DNA of 64,000 nucleotides, taken from assembly GCF_001447785.1 (NCBI RefSeq), contig NW_015160837.1:261415-325414 (forward strand), in the 5' to 3' direction. How positions within the stretch are numbered: position 1 is the stretch's first letter; each line of letters begins with the position of its first letter. Source of the stretch: Gekko japonicus. Lineage: Eukaryota. The notes beneath the pieces were generated by a model. It was not told the origin of the DNA. It ran no database searches and saw only the letters and a list, made by a program, of their open reading frames with translations. Of this stretch, positions 1-11,250 are shown piece by piece. A program made the position numbers and the translations under genes.

Positions 1-1170
1 AAGCTTTCCTTTTTTTCTTCTTCACAAGGTAAAAAGAAAATGTGCCCACAAGGGAAGGAAAGGAGGGCCCAATCCAGGCATGCCCCCAGCTTCTGCAAAA
101 ACCAAGAAACTTCCTATATAGGAACTGAGAATATTTCAACACTTGGCTTTCAGCTCTGAAGACAGAAGGAAAAACTCTGCAGGAACTCTTGAGAGAGAGG
201 CTAAAAGCATCTGTACTTATTTCCCCTGAGACTTTTTTTATGAAAAGTCAATAATTAAGCAAATTGCTTAACACTTGATTCCAGTTCCTGCATAATCTGG
301 AGTTTAAAAGTGTTTTTACTCCATTAATTTTCATGCTGCATTTTTTTTAAAAGAAAGTCAGAGGGAGGTCCTTACGAGAACATAAAAAATGCTCAGACCC
401 AGAACCAGCTTTGGCCCATCTTTTTATGAGACGTAGAAGCCAACTGAATGAGGTTTTAAACGAAGACCCGAGGAAGATGCCTGAATTCTTGTTTGCTTTA
501 CTTTTGGAGACTCTTATGTATAATTCTTTCAACCTGCCTACTTTCCAGCAAAAATAAGGTGTACAGATTTTGGTTCCTGCTACGAAAAGTCACATAGTGA
601 CAATTTTTATACATGTTGCTTTCTGACTTTTACCAGAGTGGGAGAGCAATCACTTGATGATTGATTTGCAAGTAGACATTTCAGATTTTTTTTTTTAAAT
701 CCCCGTTTTAGTTTAATATAATTTGCAATAAATGTACATATTGTTGTTTGTTTTATAAAAACATATATCACTTCTAAGTGGGTTTACTCCTGTGGTTCTG
801 TTGGAATATTCTAAAATTTTAATGGAGTAAAGACAGCCCGGTATTTGATTTTATAATGTTTTGTCACCAGATTTTTATTATTGATGTAAAAAATCAATTT
901 TTAAAAATAGTTGGACTTCGGCAGCTTTGTAAGGAACGTTTGGAAATGTTTAGGATTGCTCTCAATTTTAAGCATTTGTGCTGATTGAAAATAAGTCTGT
1001 TTCACGTCTTTGTCTTCCTATCCCAGCTCATTTTTAACGTTTCATTTAAAAGACCGTTGCATCGATATTAATTTTCCTGGCATTGTTTGGCATACTGTGT
1101 ACACTTTTATGTACACATTATCATATTTAAGTTTGTTGCATAAAATAAATGCTTCTAGGTGTCACGTGGT
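1..1170 (+). other. Distal 3'UTR and poly(A) region of a convergent plus-strand gene (probably PDS5A by synteny)
   Basis: AT/U-rich, repeat-free stretch with AATAAA at 727-732 and 1144-1149, and UGUACAUA at 733-740; TE-derived sequence begins just after ~1200. In mammals PDS5A ends convergently downstream of UBE2K. No coding exon is visible, so the identity is inference. Confidence 0.5.
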
Positions 1171-1199
1171 TATCATTTCGCTTACATCTCTGTAGAATA

Positions 1200-1320
1200 G
1201 ATCCTGGTGGGGTAGTCGTGTTGGTCTGAAGCAACAGAGCAAAGTTTGAGTCCAGTCGTGGCCCCTTTAAGACCAACAAAGTTTTCTTCGGGGTATAAGC
1301 TTTCATGGGCAAACAACACT
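1200..1320 (-). mobile_element. Penelope-associated terminal (pLTR-like) fragment
   Basis: GAGTCCAGT..CCTTTAAGACCAACAAAGTTTT..GGGTATAAGCTTTC is near-identical to the arms of the palindromic elements at 59063-59256 and 62352-62550. Confidence 0.6.
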
Positions 1321-1985
1321 CCCTGAGACATTCCCTGTAGAATGTTTGTTTTGCCTCTCTCACAGCATTTTATATATGCAGGACCAGGGAAATCCCCCCG
1401 AATCTAAAAACTGATCTTGAGACCTAGGATGTTGGCACTTTCCCAGTCTCTTCACGAAGCATGAATTAAATTTAACGGTGAGTAGGAATTTTAAACATTT
1501 TCTGTCCAGGCTGGATCTTAAGGGCTGCAGGGCATTAGACTGTGTGAGCAGAGCACATTTATGTTGGCAAAAAGCACTATGCTTACACGTGCCTCACAAA
1601 GTCCATTTTCTCTTTTCTCTCACTGAGAACCTAAAGCGCTTGTTGGAGAACCTGATTGAGTTGGCCCACGATAATGGTTGACTGTAGATCACTCTGATCG
1701 ACATTTTATTCTTGGTCTCATAAAGCTTACTGAATCGAAGGCATGCTGGACTCTCTGGCAGAAGCCATCTCAGTTTGACCAGGTCATAAAAATAGGAGTT
1801 CAGAAAGATTAGGAGTGGAGTGACTTTATTTTGTGTGTTTTGCGCCTGGATGGGTATTTGGTGTCGAGTTCAGAATGTAACAGTCTTAAGAACCTCAGCT
1901 TTTGTTCAAAGACCTCCATTTTCCTTCCTTTTGGTGGATTAAAATGAGGGCTGTGTGGGCCTGGGTGTCTCACAGCTCACTTGTA

Positions 1986-2259
1986 GAGGAGGAGGAGATT
2001 GGATTTATACCCCGCCCTTCACTCTGAGTCTCAGAGCGACTTACAGACTCCTTTCCTTTCCCCTCCCCACAAGAGACACCCTGTGAGGTGGGTGGGGCTG
2101 AGAGAGCTCTTGACAGAAACTGCTCTTTCAAGAACAGTTCTGAGAGAACTATGGCTTGCCCAAGGTCATCCAGCAGCTGCAAGTGGAGGACTATGGAATC
2201 AAACCCGGTTCCCCCAGATTAGAATCCGCGCACTTAACCACTACACCAAACTGGCTCTC
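1986..2259 (-). mobile_element. tRNA-derived SINE (Squam3/MIR-like, L2-type tail)
   Basis: Minus strand starts GAGAGCCAGTTTGGTGTAGTGGTTAAG (A box), then GGTTTGATTCC (B box), and ends GGGCGGGGTATAAATCCAAT(CTC)n. Several copies in the window. Confidence 0.85.
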
Positions 2260-2896
2260 CACTTAACCACTACACCAACGAGACTTGGGAGGAGAGAGAG
2301 AACTTAACCACTAAACTTAACACACTTAACCACTACACCAATCAGACTTGGGAGGAGCTAAGACCCTACTGAAATAAAATCAATACCCCAGGCATGGTTA
2401 AGGTTCTCAGCAACATCTTTATTGGCCCTGGTGGGTTGTGGTTACACCCACCGAGCCACTGGACATCTCCAAGCATGCTGCATTGTGGCTTTTAAGGCCT
2501 GATCAAGCAGTCAGCTCATTCCCACTTTCCCTTGAGCCCAGTCAGGCCCCCTGATGCCCGGGGGCATGCCTTCCCCACTTAGAACTGCTGGTGCCCATGA
2601 TCCACCCTTGTTCAACACCCTTCCAACAGTAATCTCCCTGCCTGGCATCCTGGATTCCAGCTGCCGGGGGCGGCGGCTGGCCGTATCACCTAGCCACTGT
2701 TCACCTGTTGTGCTTGGCCTACCCGGGCCGAGCTGTCCTGCCACTCATAGGGTCCCTTGGTTCAACTTGCGCCTTGAGTTTGCACCCAGTGTCTTCCACC
2801 AAGAAAGATAAATTTGGAATGCTGGCAAAGGATCATGAACGTATCCTTTTGCTTACCAGCACATTTTCCTCCCTTTTTAATTACATAATTTTTAAA

Positions 2897-3177
2897 GAAG
2901 ACGACGAAGAGATGGGATTTATACCCCGCCCTTCACTTGGAGTCTCAGAGCGGCTTACAAACTCCTTTCCCTTCCCCTCCCCACAACAGACACCCTGTGA
3001 GGTGGGTGGGGCTGAGAGAGCTCTGACACAAACTGCTCTTTTTCAAGGACAGCTGTGCCAGAGCTTGTGGCTGACCCAAGGTCACACCAGGAGGTGCAAG
3101 TGGAGGAGTGGGGAATCAAACCCGGTTCCCCCAGATTAGAGTCCGCACACTTAACCACTACACCAAACTGGCTCTCT
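2897..3177 (-). mobile_element. tRNA-derived SINE (Squam3-like)
   Basis: Full-length copy colinear with 1986-2259; A and B boxes intact. Confidence 0.85.
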
Positions 3178-3773
3178 CTTGAAATTTTGCCTTTCTGCAG
3201 TAGCATTCCTGTCCAACTTAAAACACTAAAAAAAACCCTCACCTACCTGTGCACTTAAGAACCAAAACAGCTTTTGGCACGAGCTAAATTCAAGACAAAA
3301 TTATATAAACGTTTCTTTTTAGTTTTGTTTTTAATAATGACCTAACTTAGTCTAAAGTGATTCCATTCTGTCTAAGTGCATTCATCATTCCTTGCGGTAC
3401 AAATTCCAAAAATACAATGTCAGAAGAATCATGGATTTGACCGTTCAGTGCCACGATTTTAAAAAACAAAAACTGAAGTCTGAAGAGAACTTTGTAAGCA
3501 TCTCTAATGTAAGAACACCTGGCGACCCTGTTTGGGAACTTCAGGCCCCTTTTGTAATATGTATGAAATTACACTTCGAATTTTGTTTGCTGTAATTATC
3601 CAATGGAAAATCTGTCTTGCATGCTGATCCCCCCCCCCCTCTACTTGTTTGTGGAATCAAAAACTGGTACTTTGTTGCTCCCTAAGGAAAACTCCCGGGA
3701 TCCAGGTTAGAGAAGCCCCTTTCAGCTTTCTTCCCTAAAGCCAGCTATTAATGACCTAGCGGTATCTAACACC

Positions 3774-4114
3774 GCTATCTAAGACGCTGACCTGCAGGCT
3801 GTGGAAGGTCGGTAGTTCAGCAGTTCGAGACCCGAGTGTGCCGCATGACGGAGTGAGCTCCCATCTCTGGTTCCAGCTCCTGCCAACCTAGCAGTTCGAA
3901 AGCAAGAAATTGCAAGTAGATAAATAGGTACCACTTCGGTGGGAAGGTAACAGCGTTCCGTGCGCCTTGGTGTTTAGTCATGCCGGCCACATGACCACGG
4001 AAACGTCTTCGGACAGCACTGGCTCTTCGGCTTGGAAACGGAGATGAGCACCGCAACCCTAGAGTCGGATTCGACTGGCTTTCGAGCAAGGGAACCTTTA
4101 CCTTTACTTTTTTA
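3774..4114 (+). mobile_element. Sauria SINE (BovB-partnered)
   Basis: tRNA-like head remnant, core CCAACCTAGCAGTTCGAAAGCA..TAGATAAATAGGTACCAC and (ACCTTT)n tail; 12-bp TSD GTATCTAACACC at 3762-3773 and 4115-4126. Confidence 0.85.
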
Positions 4115-6674
4115 GTATCTAACACCAGCTCTTCTAGTGTGCTAATTGGAATGAAGCCTGCAACAGGTAAGGACTTCAGCCAGCAATCGAATGAAACAGA
4201 AAAGCAGTTTTACGGACCCCTTTCAGTGAATTCACAGGTAAGCCAAGCTCTTGGGTTCCCCCCCACAGTGGTGTAAATAGTAGCATACAACAGCAGAGCC
4301 GCTCCACCTGGAGAAGACACAGCAGGAGTTTTAGCGCTTCAGCTCTCTGGGAAGAGCGCCTCCGCAGAATGTAATAGCCAAATCTTAATTCATTGCAAAA
4401 GAACTGAAAACCATTAATTGGGGCAGTGGAGGTTCAGGGCACTTCTCCTGGCCTGTTCCCTAATTTAAAAAGTGCCCTGATACGCTGGTGGTACAGTCTC
4501 TTCGAATCAGCGGTGTTCAAAGCCTTAAAATAACACAAGCAGTTGATAGGACACTTGAACTGAAGTATCTTCAGGGAAAGAAACGCAGTAGATCAAATCG
4601 GTTTGGAATAGGGGGGGTTCAGATCTGCCCCGTCCCACAGCAAACCATACGCGCAGTACGGGAAGCCAAGAAATCAGTGAGAACTGGTGAAGGAGAATTT
4701 GTTCACCAACCATTGAGGCTTATTTCCTTCACACCCAGTTCGAGATTGTGTCTGGAACTTGTCCCAGGCTACCAGCCCTTCCTGCAGTGGAACATATGAC
4801 TCTTGCCAAACTGGGTGACAGGGCTTTAGTTGAGGGACACTGCATCTACTAGAGAGCTTGCTTTGATGAAGAGCAAACACTAGATGAGGTGCTAAAACTA
4901 GAGCATTGTGCTATGACTTAAGCTGTCCCCAGTTGTCATATCAGTTATTAGAAAGTTTTACCCTTGAATTAACTGTCCTTGGAAAAGGGTGGAGTAAAGG
5001 GAATGGGCTGAAGCGGGTCCCTAAGCACACGGTAGATTTGGATGAGAACTTCCTCCCTGAGTACCTGACTTATTAATGTGGTATCTGTATTGGCTTTGAA
5101 TTGCTGTGGGAGCCAATTCCGAGCTGTAAAAATACAACACACTTCCATAACCACAGAGAACCCCCAGGCATTGAGGATCAGCAAACGGACCCCAGTCTAA
5201 AGTGTTGTATATCCAGTAAGTCCCTTAGTAGCTGGTGGAAAGCTTGTCAGACTCTTGAGAAGAGCAGTGTGGTGCTTTCAAAGGCCGTGTTTGGGCTAGT
5301 AATGGTTAGGACCCAAGGCACCTTTAAAGAAGGCCAAGCTGCACATAAGGGTGATACGATGCTATCGTGACACTCTGAATGGTTTAAAATTGCTCAGGTT
5401 CAAAAACAGTTCCAGTAGTCTGCTGCTAAGCCAACACGATGCTTTCACGACTTCCCATTTTAATCATTCTTTAAATTAAAAAGAATCAGACCATTCTTGT
5501 GCTGTGCAGTGCTCTTTCGACACACTGGGGTGGTCTTTGCAGCACAGTGCGTTCTCCTCCTTAGTGCTTTGATGCTGGTGGAAGTGGTCAAGATACATGC
5601 CGGTGTCTGTCCATGTGTAGAAAAATACAGAGGCAAGCGCTCTTAAACATCTCTCGTGCAAACTGGAAGGCTGACATTCCAACGTTTTGCCTTGTAAGAT
5701 GGGGACATATCCAAAGGGTAGATTGGAGAGATTCCTTTGGTTCCCCCCCTTCCCTCCGCCACTTGGAACAGACAATCTGAATGGTCCTTGTTAGTTGGTG
5801 GTGGTTGGGTTTTTTTTAACGCCTTCTCTGGTAGCAAGCATTGTGGAACCTGCCTCCTGGCCAAATACAAAAATCCACCCCATTGAGATAGAGAAGGGTT
5901 TTTTGAGGACCAGTATTCCGGCTTCCCAAAGTAGGTAGTTATGTTTACTCTAGCCTCAGCAAAAGGTACATACTAAACCCAGTAGCATACAAAGGAGATT
6001 CTCCAGCAGCCGAGGAACAATGTAAAGTTACCCACAATGAAGTTTAGTGATGCCTAATTGCCATGTGTATTCAGTGACCTGGCAAAATAAAGTATGTGCC
6101 TTAATATACCCCTCCTTCTCTACATCAGCATTCTTTTTAAAGTACAAGGGTTAGTCCAGATCCTATATACCTGACTGCCAAAAAAGCTTTTCTGCTCTTG
6201 AAAGCATGCAGCCTTTTCATTTTGACATGGAGCCCATGTAACACAAAGCATCTTGGGGGTAATCTCACTGTCCTGATGGGGCTGTCTTGGTTCACAAAAA
6301 ACAGTAAGAATATTACACATCTCAAGCATAGGGAATAGGACTCATGATACACGAGTTCACACAGGCTCTTATTAGAGGTCCTTTAGCCTCCGCCATGAAA
6401 TATACATACTTCCAACACCTTGTATTTGGACACAGTCAAAGATGGAATGGGGGTAGAGGTAGCCACTAGTTCCTAAATAACTGTGTAAGAGAACTACTAG
6501 TTTTCTTGAAAGGATTCCACATCCACACATACTTTAAAAGGTACAAGCTACCAGTTACCATTCCTGATCTATGAGACTGTTGCACCACTGTGCAGATGGG
6601 TTCCCCCCCCCCTTCTGAAAGCTATTCATTTCTAACAAAGTAAGATGAAAACTTTTTTTTCAGGGAAACATGCA

Positions 6675-6726
6675 TTTATTAAGCATTTGCAGTGGAAATC
6701 AACATTTTTTAAAATGTGTGTTTATT
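6675..6726 (-). terminator. UBE2K: Putative distal polyadenylation signals of UBE2K
   Basis: Two minus-strand AATAAA hexamers (plus-strand TTTATT at 6675-6680 and 6721-6726) at the edge of the repeat-free block. Confidence 0.55.
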
Positions 6727-9700
6727 TTTAAAAAATTGTGTACAAAAGTGTTGTGTAGTTTTTAATTCTCAAGAGACCCACACATCTCGATGCCACATTC
6801 TAACCCACTCATCATTTACAACAAAGTGGAACGCTCCCACTGAGAGCTTCCTACAGGTACCCTTTGTCCTCTCGGGTAGGAAGGGGAAAAAAAAACACAA
6901 CACAAATTGCTATGGAAAATGATAAATTGGCCAGCAAGGATGATCAATAGTTACAGAAGCCATTTTCTGAGAGAGGCATTCTCTAGCCACAAATGAGCAC
7001 CACGTTGCAAGTTTCATTGGACTAGGCTCTTATAGTACCTTAATTCTTTTTGGCATCGTTTGGAAATATTAAATGGCTACATTTAAAGCAGGTTCCCCCC
7101 TCCCTGCACTGGTTACAGAGCACATGAAGGCCAACAGAAGCAGAACAGTGACATGGACATTGCAACCCTTTGTGAATTGGGAATGGATTCAAATGTGGAG
7201 CAGCACACTCGAGTGGGCAAAAGCCCTTGAGCTTCCTTAGGGCACATCATACAAACAGGGAAGAGTGTGCATATTTTCAATGGGGCAGTTTCAGCTAATG
7301 TGCCATGTTCTGAGCATGAGCTCATCTGTCACGGTAATTACCTATCAAGGTAATCTTGGAGCATCTATAAAGATGCTNNNNNNNNNNNNNNNNNNNNNNN
7401 NNNNTTTGTGCATGCATGCAATCTGTAACCATATCACATTCTCTTCTGTAGTTTCTGCAGCTATGAGGGAAAGGGACTCTTGCAGAACTGGGTTGCCAGA
7501 TTAAACCCAATGCATGATGAGTTTCACAACCCCCCCTCGCCCCCCCCCCCCCCCCCCCGGCTTGGTAACAGTATAGCTGGCAGAAGTGTGAGGGGGGCTG
7601 GAGCCCATCACGGTTTGTGGGTCTTCAGAAAGTCCTGTTCCATTCATAGTAGGTACAAAAGCCACTTTGCTGAGGAAGGATTGGTAGACTTAATCCATCC
7701 AATGTGAAGGATACCTGCCAGTTCAGAAGAAGCCTTGCTTTCATGCCTCTTCTTGAAGAGGTGCTGTGTATTCTAGCCAGGTTCAACAAAAATGAAGTTG
7801 TAAGATTTTTTTTTTTTTTGGTTCTAATGAAACCAAGGTGCACAGTTCGTTCTTCCGACGAAAAATCCAATTATCTCCATTTAGTGAGAAATAAGTGACT
7901 TTATGTAGCTTTTCCCCCCTAAAGGTTAGGTATTCTTCTAAAGGTTAGGTGTTCTTAACTTGCCTCTGCATGATTTGTCTTCAAACAGAGCAAAGACCCC
8001 CTTCAGCCACCTCATTTTTCTTTTCATCAGAAAGGCTGGCTGTAGTTTTGTACCCAAGGTACTTCCTCTTTTAAATGGACCAATTGAAGATTAAGCCAGA
8101 AACAAACTCACACCACGGTATTTAAACCCAGCCGATCCGTAACTTCCACTGTAACCTTTCCATTGATTAAATGCTTCTGAAAAGCCTCACCTCTCTGCAG
8201 CCAGGAGCAGCTGGAATGTAAAATGATAATGCGCAAGTTGCTAGCCTGCATTTTCATTTACTAACAGTATTAGTGGCAGCTGGATAGAAGGGAGATAACC
8301 GATTAAGAGTTGTGGATTTGACTTTCTAGTAGGGATGCTGGGGACCCAGTTAAGTTGGGGGGGGGGAGTTGGCACTGACAACGACTTAGCAAGGGTGTAT
8401 CCTCTCTCTTGCCTCCATAATAAGGTAAGCGTTTATTGAAATCACAGAAAGCGAGATTCTTCTCGGTACCCAAAGATACCAATCCGTTCCAACAGATTTG
8501 CAAGACAAAATATAACAGGCTGTTTAAAACTCCCAGAAACGGGGTCTCTTGAGACCATCTTTACAACTGACAAGATTTCACAGCATCAGTGAATAGGGAG
8601 AATGAGCAGAGACAGTGGCAGTTCCTTCACTACAGGTATATAGGCCACAACAATAAGGGTACAGTCAACTTTTCACACTCACTCTATGAAGGTCTGCCTA
8701 CTGAATATACATCAGTCCCAAGCCAACTCAGTGGCAGTTAGTGATTCTGGGTGCCGTTACGCCCTTTTATTGACACTCGGCTTCCCAATTTGCCATTAAC
8801 CTCAAGGTACAGATTCCTACTCAGTGTAGGGCTTTCTGACTCCTGAGAAACCTCTACACTCAGATGAGCTGGCAAACCTATTGCCATTAGTAGAACCGTA
8901 AAAGAAGAAACTTAGCACCTGTACAATTATCTGTGTGTGTACACAGACACACACGAGTTCTGTAACCAAGGGAAAAACCAGAACTATGAGGTTCAGCATA
9001 AGCCTTTTCTCCTGTGTTCAAAGCCTTCCTGGTCTCATTTGACACAATCACAGAAAGCTTCCCTAGAAGGATTAGCATTATCCAGATGGAAAAGCAGAAA
9101 GACGTGTTATCCCCTCTTAAGCACTTCCGCATTCTTTCCTTTAATGAACTGCAAAGAACAAAGGGAAAATGTAATCCAACAGCCATTTACATAATTACCA
9201 CCAGGGTAAACAATGTTGCAGAGGAACTCATAATATATCGACCATTTTTTAAAAAGTACAAACACAAATGGCAGATCACCGGGGCTACGGTGGCCCCCGG
9301 TTATTATTCAACAAACTCATTGAGCAGCAGCAGCAGCTTGTTAAAAAAAATAAATAAATATCAAGGAATGACAAAAAAAGGAGAGAGATCACATTTCCTT
9401 TGGCATTTGAAAGTGATTTACATGACTGCAAGAAAAAGAAAAAAGAAAGCAACTATCACCAAATGCGTAAACTGGATGCAAAGAGATCCATATCATCCCC
9501 CCCCCCGCCCCGTGTGTGTGTGTGTCCCAGTAACTTGGAAGTCATGGATAAGCTTTGATTGCTGCAGAAAACAAACCCTGCGATTGGTTAAGCTTACGCC
9601 CATCTCTTCAATTTCTCTATTTTGCATCAGATGCTTGACGGTTATTGTTACATGACTGATCAGCAGAAGGAGTGATGGAGTCGTCGTAGTCCACTGTCTG

Positions 9701-10994
9701 ATCTTCAAAACGGACTGTATACTTTCCTATCTACTGTACAGAAGAAATATCGGAAAGCAAAACACTGTAGTCGCACTTGATATCATCCTCCGACTGTGCC
9801 CTCATATCTTTGCATTTTAGCTCAGAAGTAACTGATGCAGTTCCGTAAAGATATTGTAACTTCCAACAAAGATATGAGTGTTCGGAGTTTATAAAACTAA
9901 TGATTCAGAGGTTTTAGATCTCTCGGGATGAATAAAAAGATGGACTATATACAAGTGTTTTAGCAGACATCAATTCAGAAGAGACTTCTACTGGCTTTTA
10001 ACATATGTACAATTAAAAAGAAGACGACTTCCAAGTGTCAAACCACGGAAAATGCAGAGAGGGACATCTAAAACTCTTTATAAGCAACCCCTACCCAAAA
10101 TTATGTCCAAAATTCGACTAGGAAGCTATTACCAAAAATCTGATTGCACCACAGCAAATACTGGAGAAAACGGTGGCATTCTCAGAGTTAACAGAGAATC
10201 AGTTCTTCCCAGCAAAATTCATTCTATCCAGAATTTATTGGAAGAGGTTTGATTTCTGCGTAAGAAACAAAAGAGCAGCTCCACTTGTTTGTGCTATGTC
10301 CAAATATACCAAACCTTTATACAATAGTGTAGAAATTACAATGGTTGAAACACTTTTACTGGTTATTCAAAATATACCACCTGGAGTGGAAAGCTAGGCT
10401 ACTTTAAATGGCACATACCCACAAAATTCTGGAGAGGTTCTAGTGTGATATTGTAAGTTGCGTGTGCAGCTGGGCGTATGGGTGGGGGTGGGGGGGGAAG
10501 GGGAAAGGAAGAGGCGTGGGATTGCTATTCATCATCGGGCGGTGAAAACATTTCTGAGTAGGCCATCCTTTTGAACGATGAGCACGTCCGGAAAGTTTTT
10601 AGGAAAAGTTACAAGAATGAATAGTCAAGTACTTAAAAGGGTGCTCTGTTCAGTTTACCCTACTTTTTTGTTTTTTAAATGTCTAAGTAAAGTACAAGCA
10701 TGCAAATACAAGGTCAGTCCACAGGCACGCAGGATCCATTTTAAAAAACGGTTAAGGTAGCTGGGATGAGTGACATCAACAACTGATGACTATGGATACA
10801 ATCAAGTGACGTGGTTCTGAGTAATTCTTAAAGTTCAAAATCCTGACACAAATTCCTGCTAGTCTTGGTCACACCGCTAACTCTAAAGTAGGCATGTTGT
10901 CCCCCATTGTTTTAGCCAAGCTCAAGGAATTTACAATATTTAGTAAGAAAAAATTAAAGTATTTCCCCCTCTTTTTTTTAAATTTACACAGACG

Positions 10995-11010
10995 TTTAAT
11001 TAGCTTTATT
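10995..11010 (-). terminator. UBE2K: Putative proximal polyadenylation signals of UBE2K
   Basis: Minus-strand AATAAA (11005-11010) and ATTAAA (10995-11000), ~170 nt after the stop codon. Confidence 0.5.
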
Positions 11011-11175
11011 TACAGAGCATGTTTCTTTTTCAGTCTCCAATAGTGCCTAGATAGCATCAGGCAAGAATGCCAGTTTTAAAAGAGAATCTATATAGAAACC
11101 TAAAAATAAGAGATGGTGGTGCTGCTCCTCGAGAAAGGGTAAGCTGGACTACAGAAGCAGTTCTCTGCACATGGC

Positions 11176-11250
11176 TCAGTTACTCAGAAGTAGTTCTGTT
11201 GCTGTCTCTACATCCCAAGATTTTGATGACAAGGCCACTATTACTGCATT
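11176..11250 (-). CDS. UBE2K: UBE2K exon 7 (coding part, UBA domain, TGA stop)
   Basis: TTTACAG|AAT GCA GTA...AGT AAC TGA = NAVIVALSSKSWDVETATELLLSN*. Confidence 0.96.
   Translation of the reverse strand, partial: NAVIVALSSKSWDVETATELLLSN

Larger units (their letters stand above)
6655..11175 (-). other. UBE2K: UBE2K long 3'UTR (to putative distal poly(A) site)
   Basis: Continuous with terminal exon 7; no recognisable SINE/LINE over ~4.5 kb; minus-strand AATAAA at 11005-11010 (proximal) and at 6721-6726 and 6675-6680 (distal). The 3' end is inferred. Confidence 0.6.

Noticed and set aside
4140-5900. Cluster of 60-100-aa ORFs between the two 3' ends
   Set aside because: No recognisable domain or consistent exon structure; cannot be supported without a search.
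9014-9655. 213-aa plus-strand ORF
   Set aside because: Antisense to the UBE2K 3'UTR, non-ATG start, runs through simple repeats, no recognisable domain.
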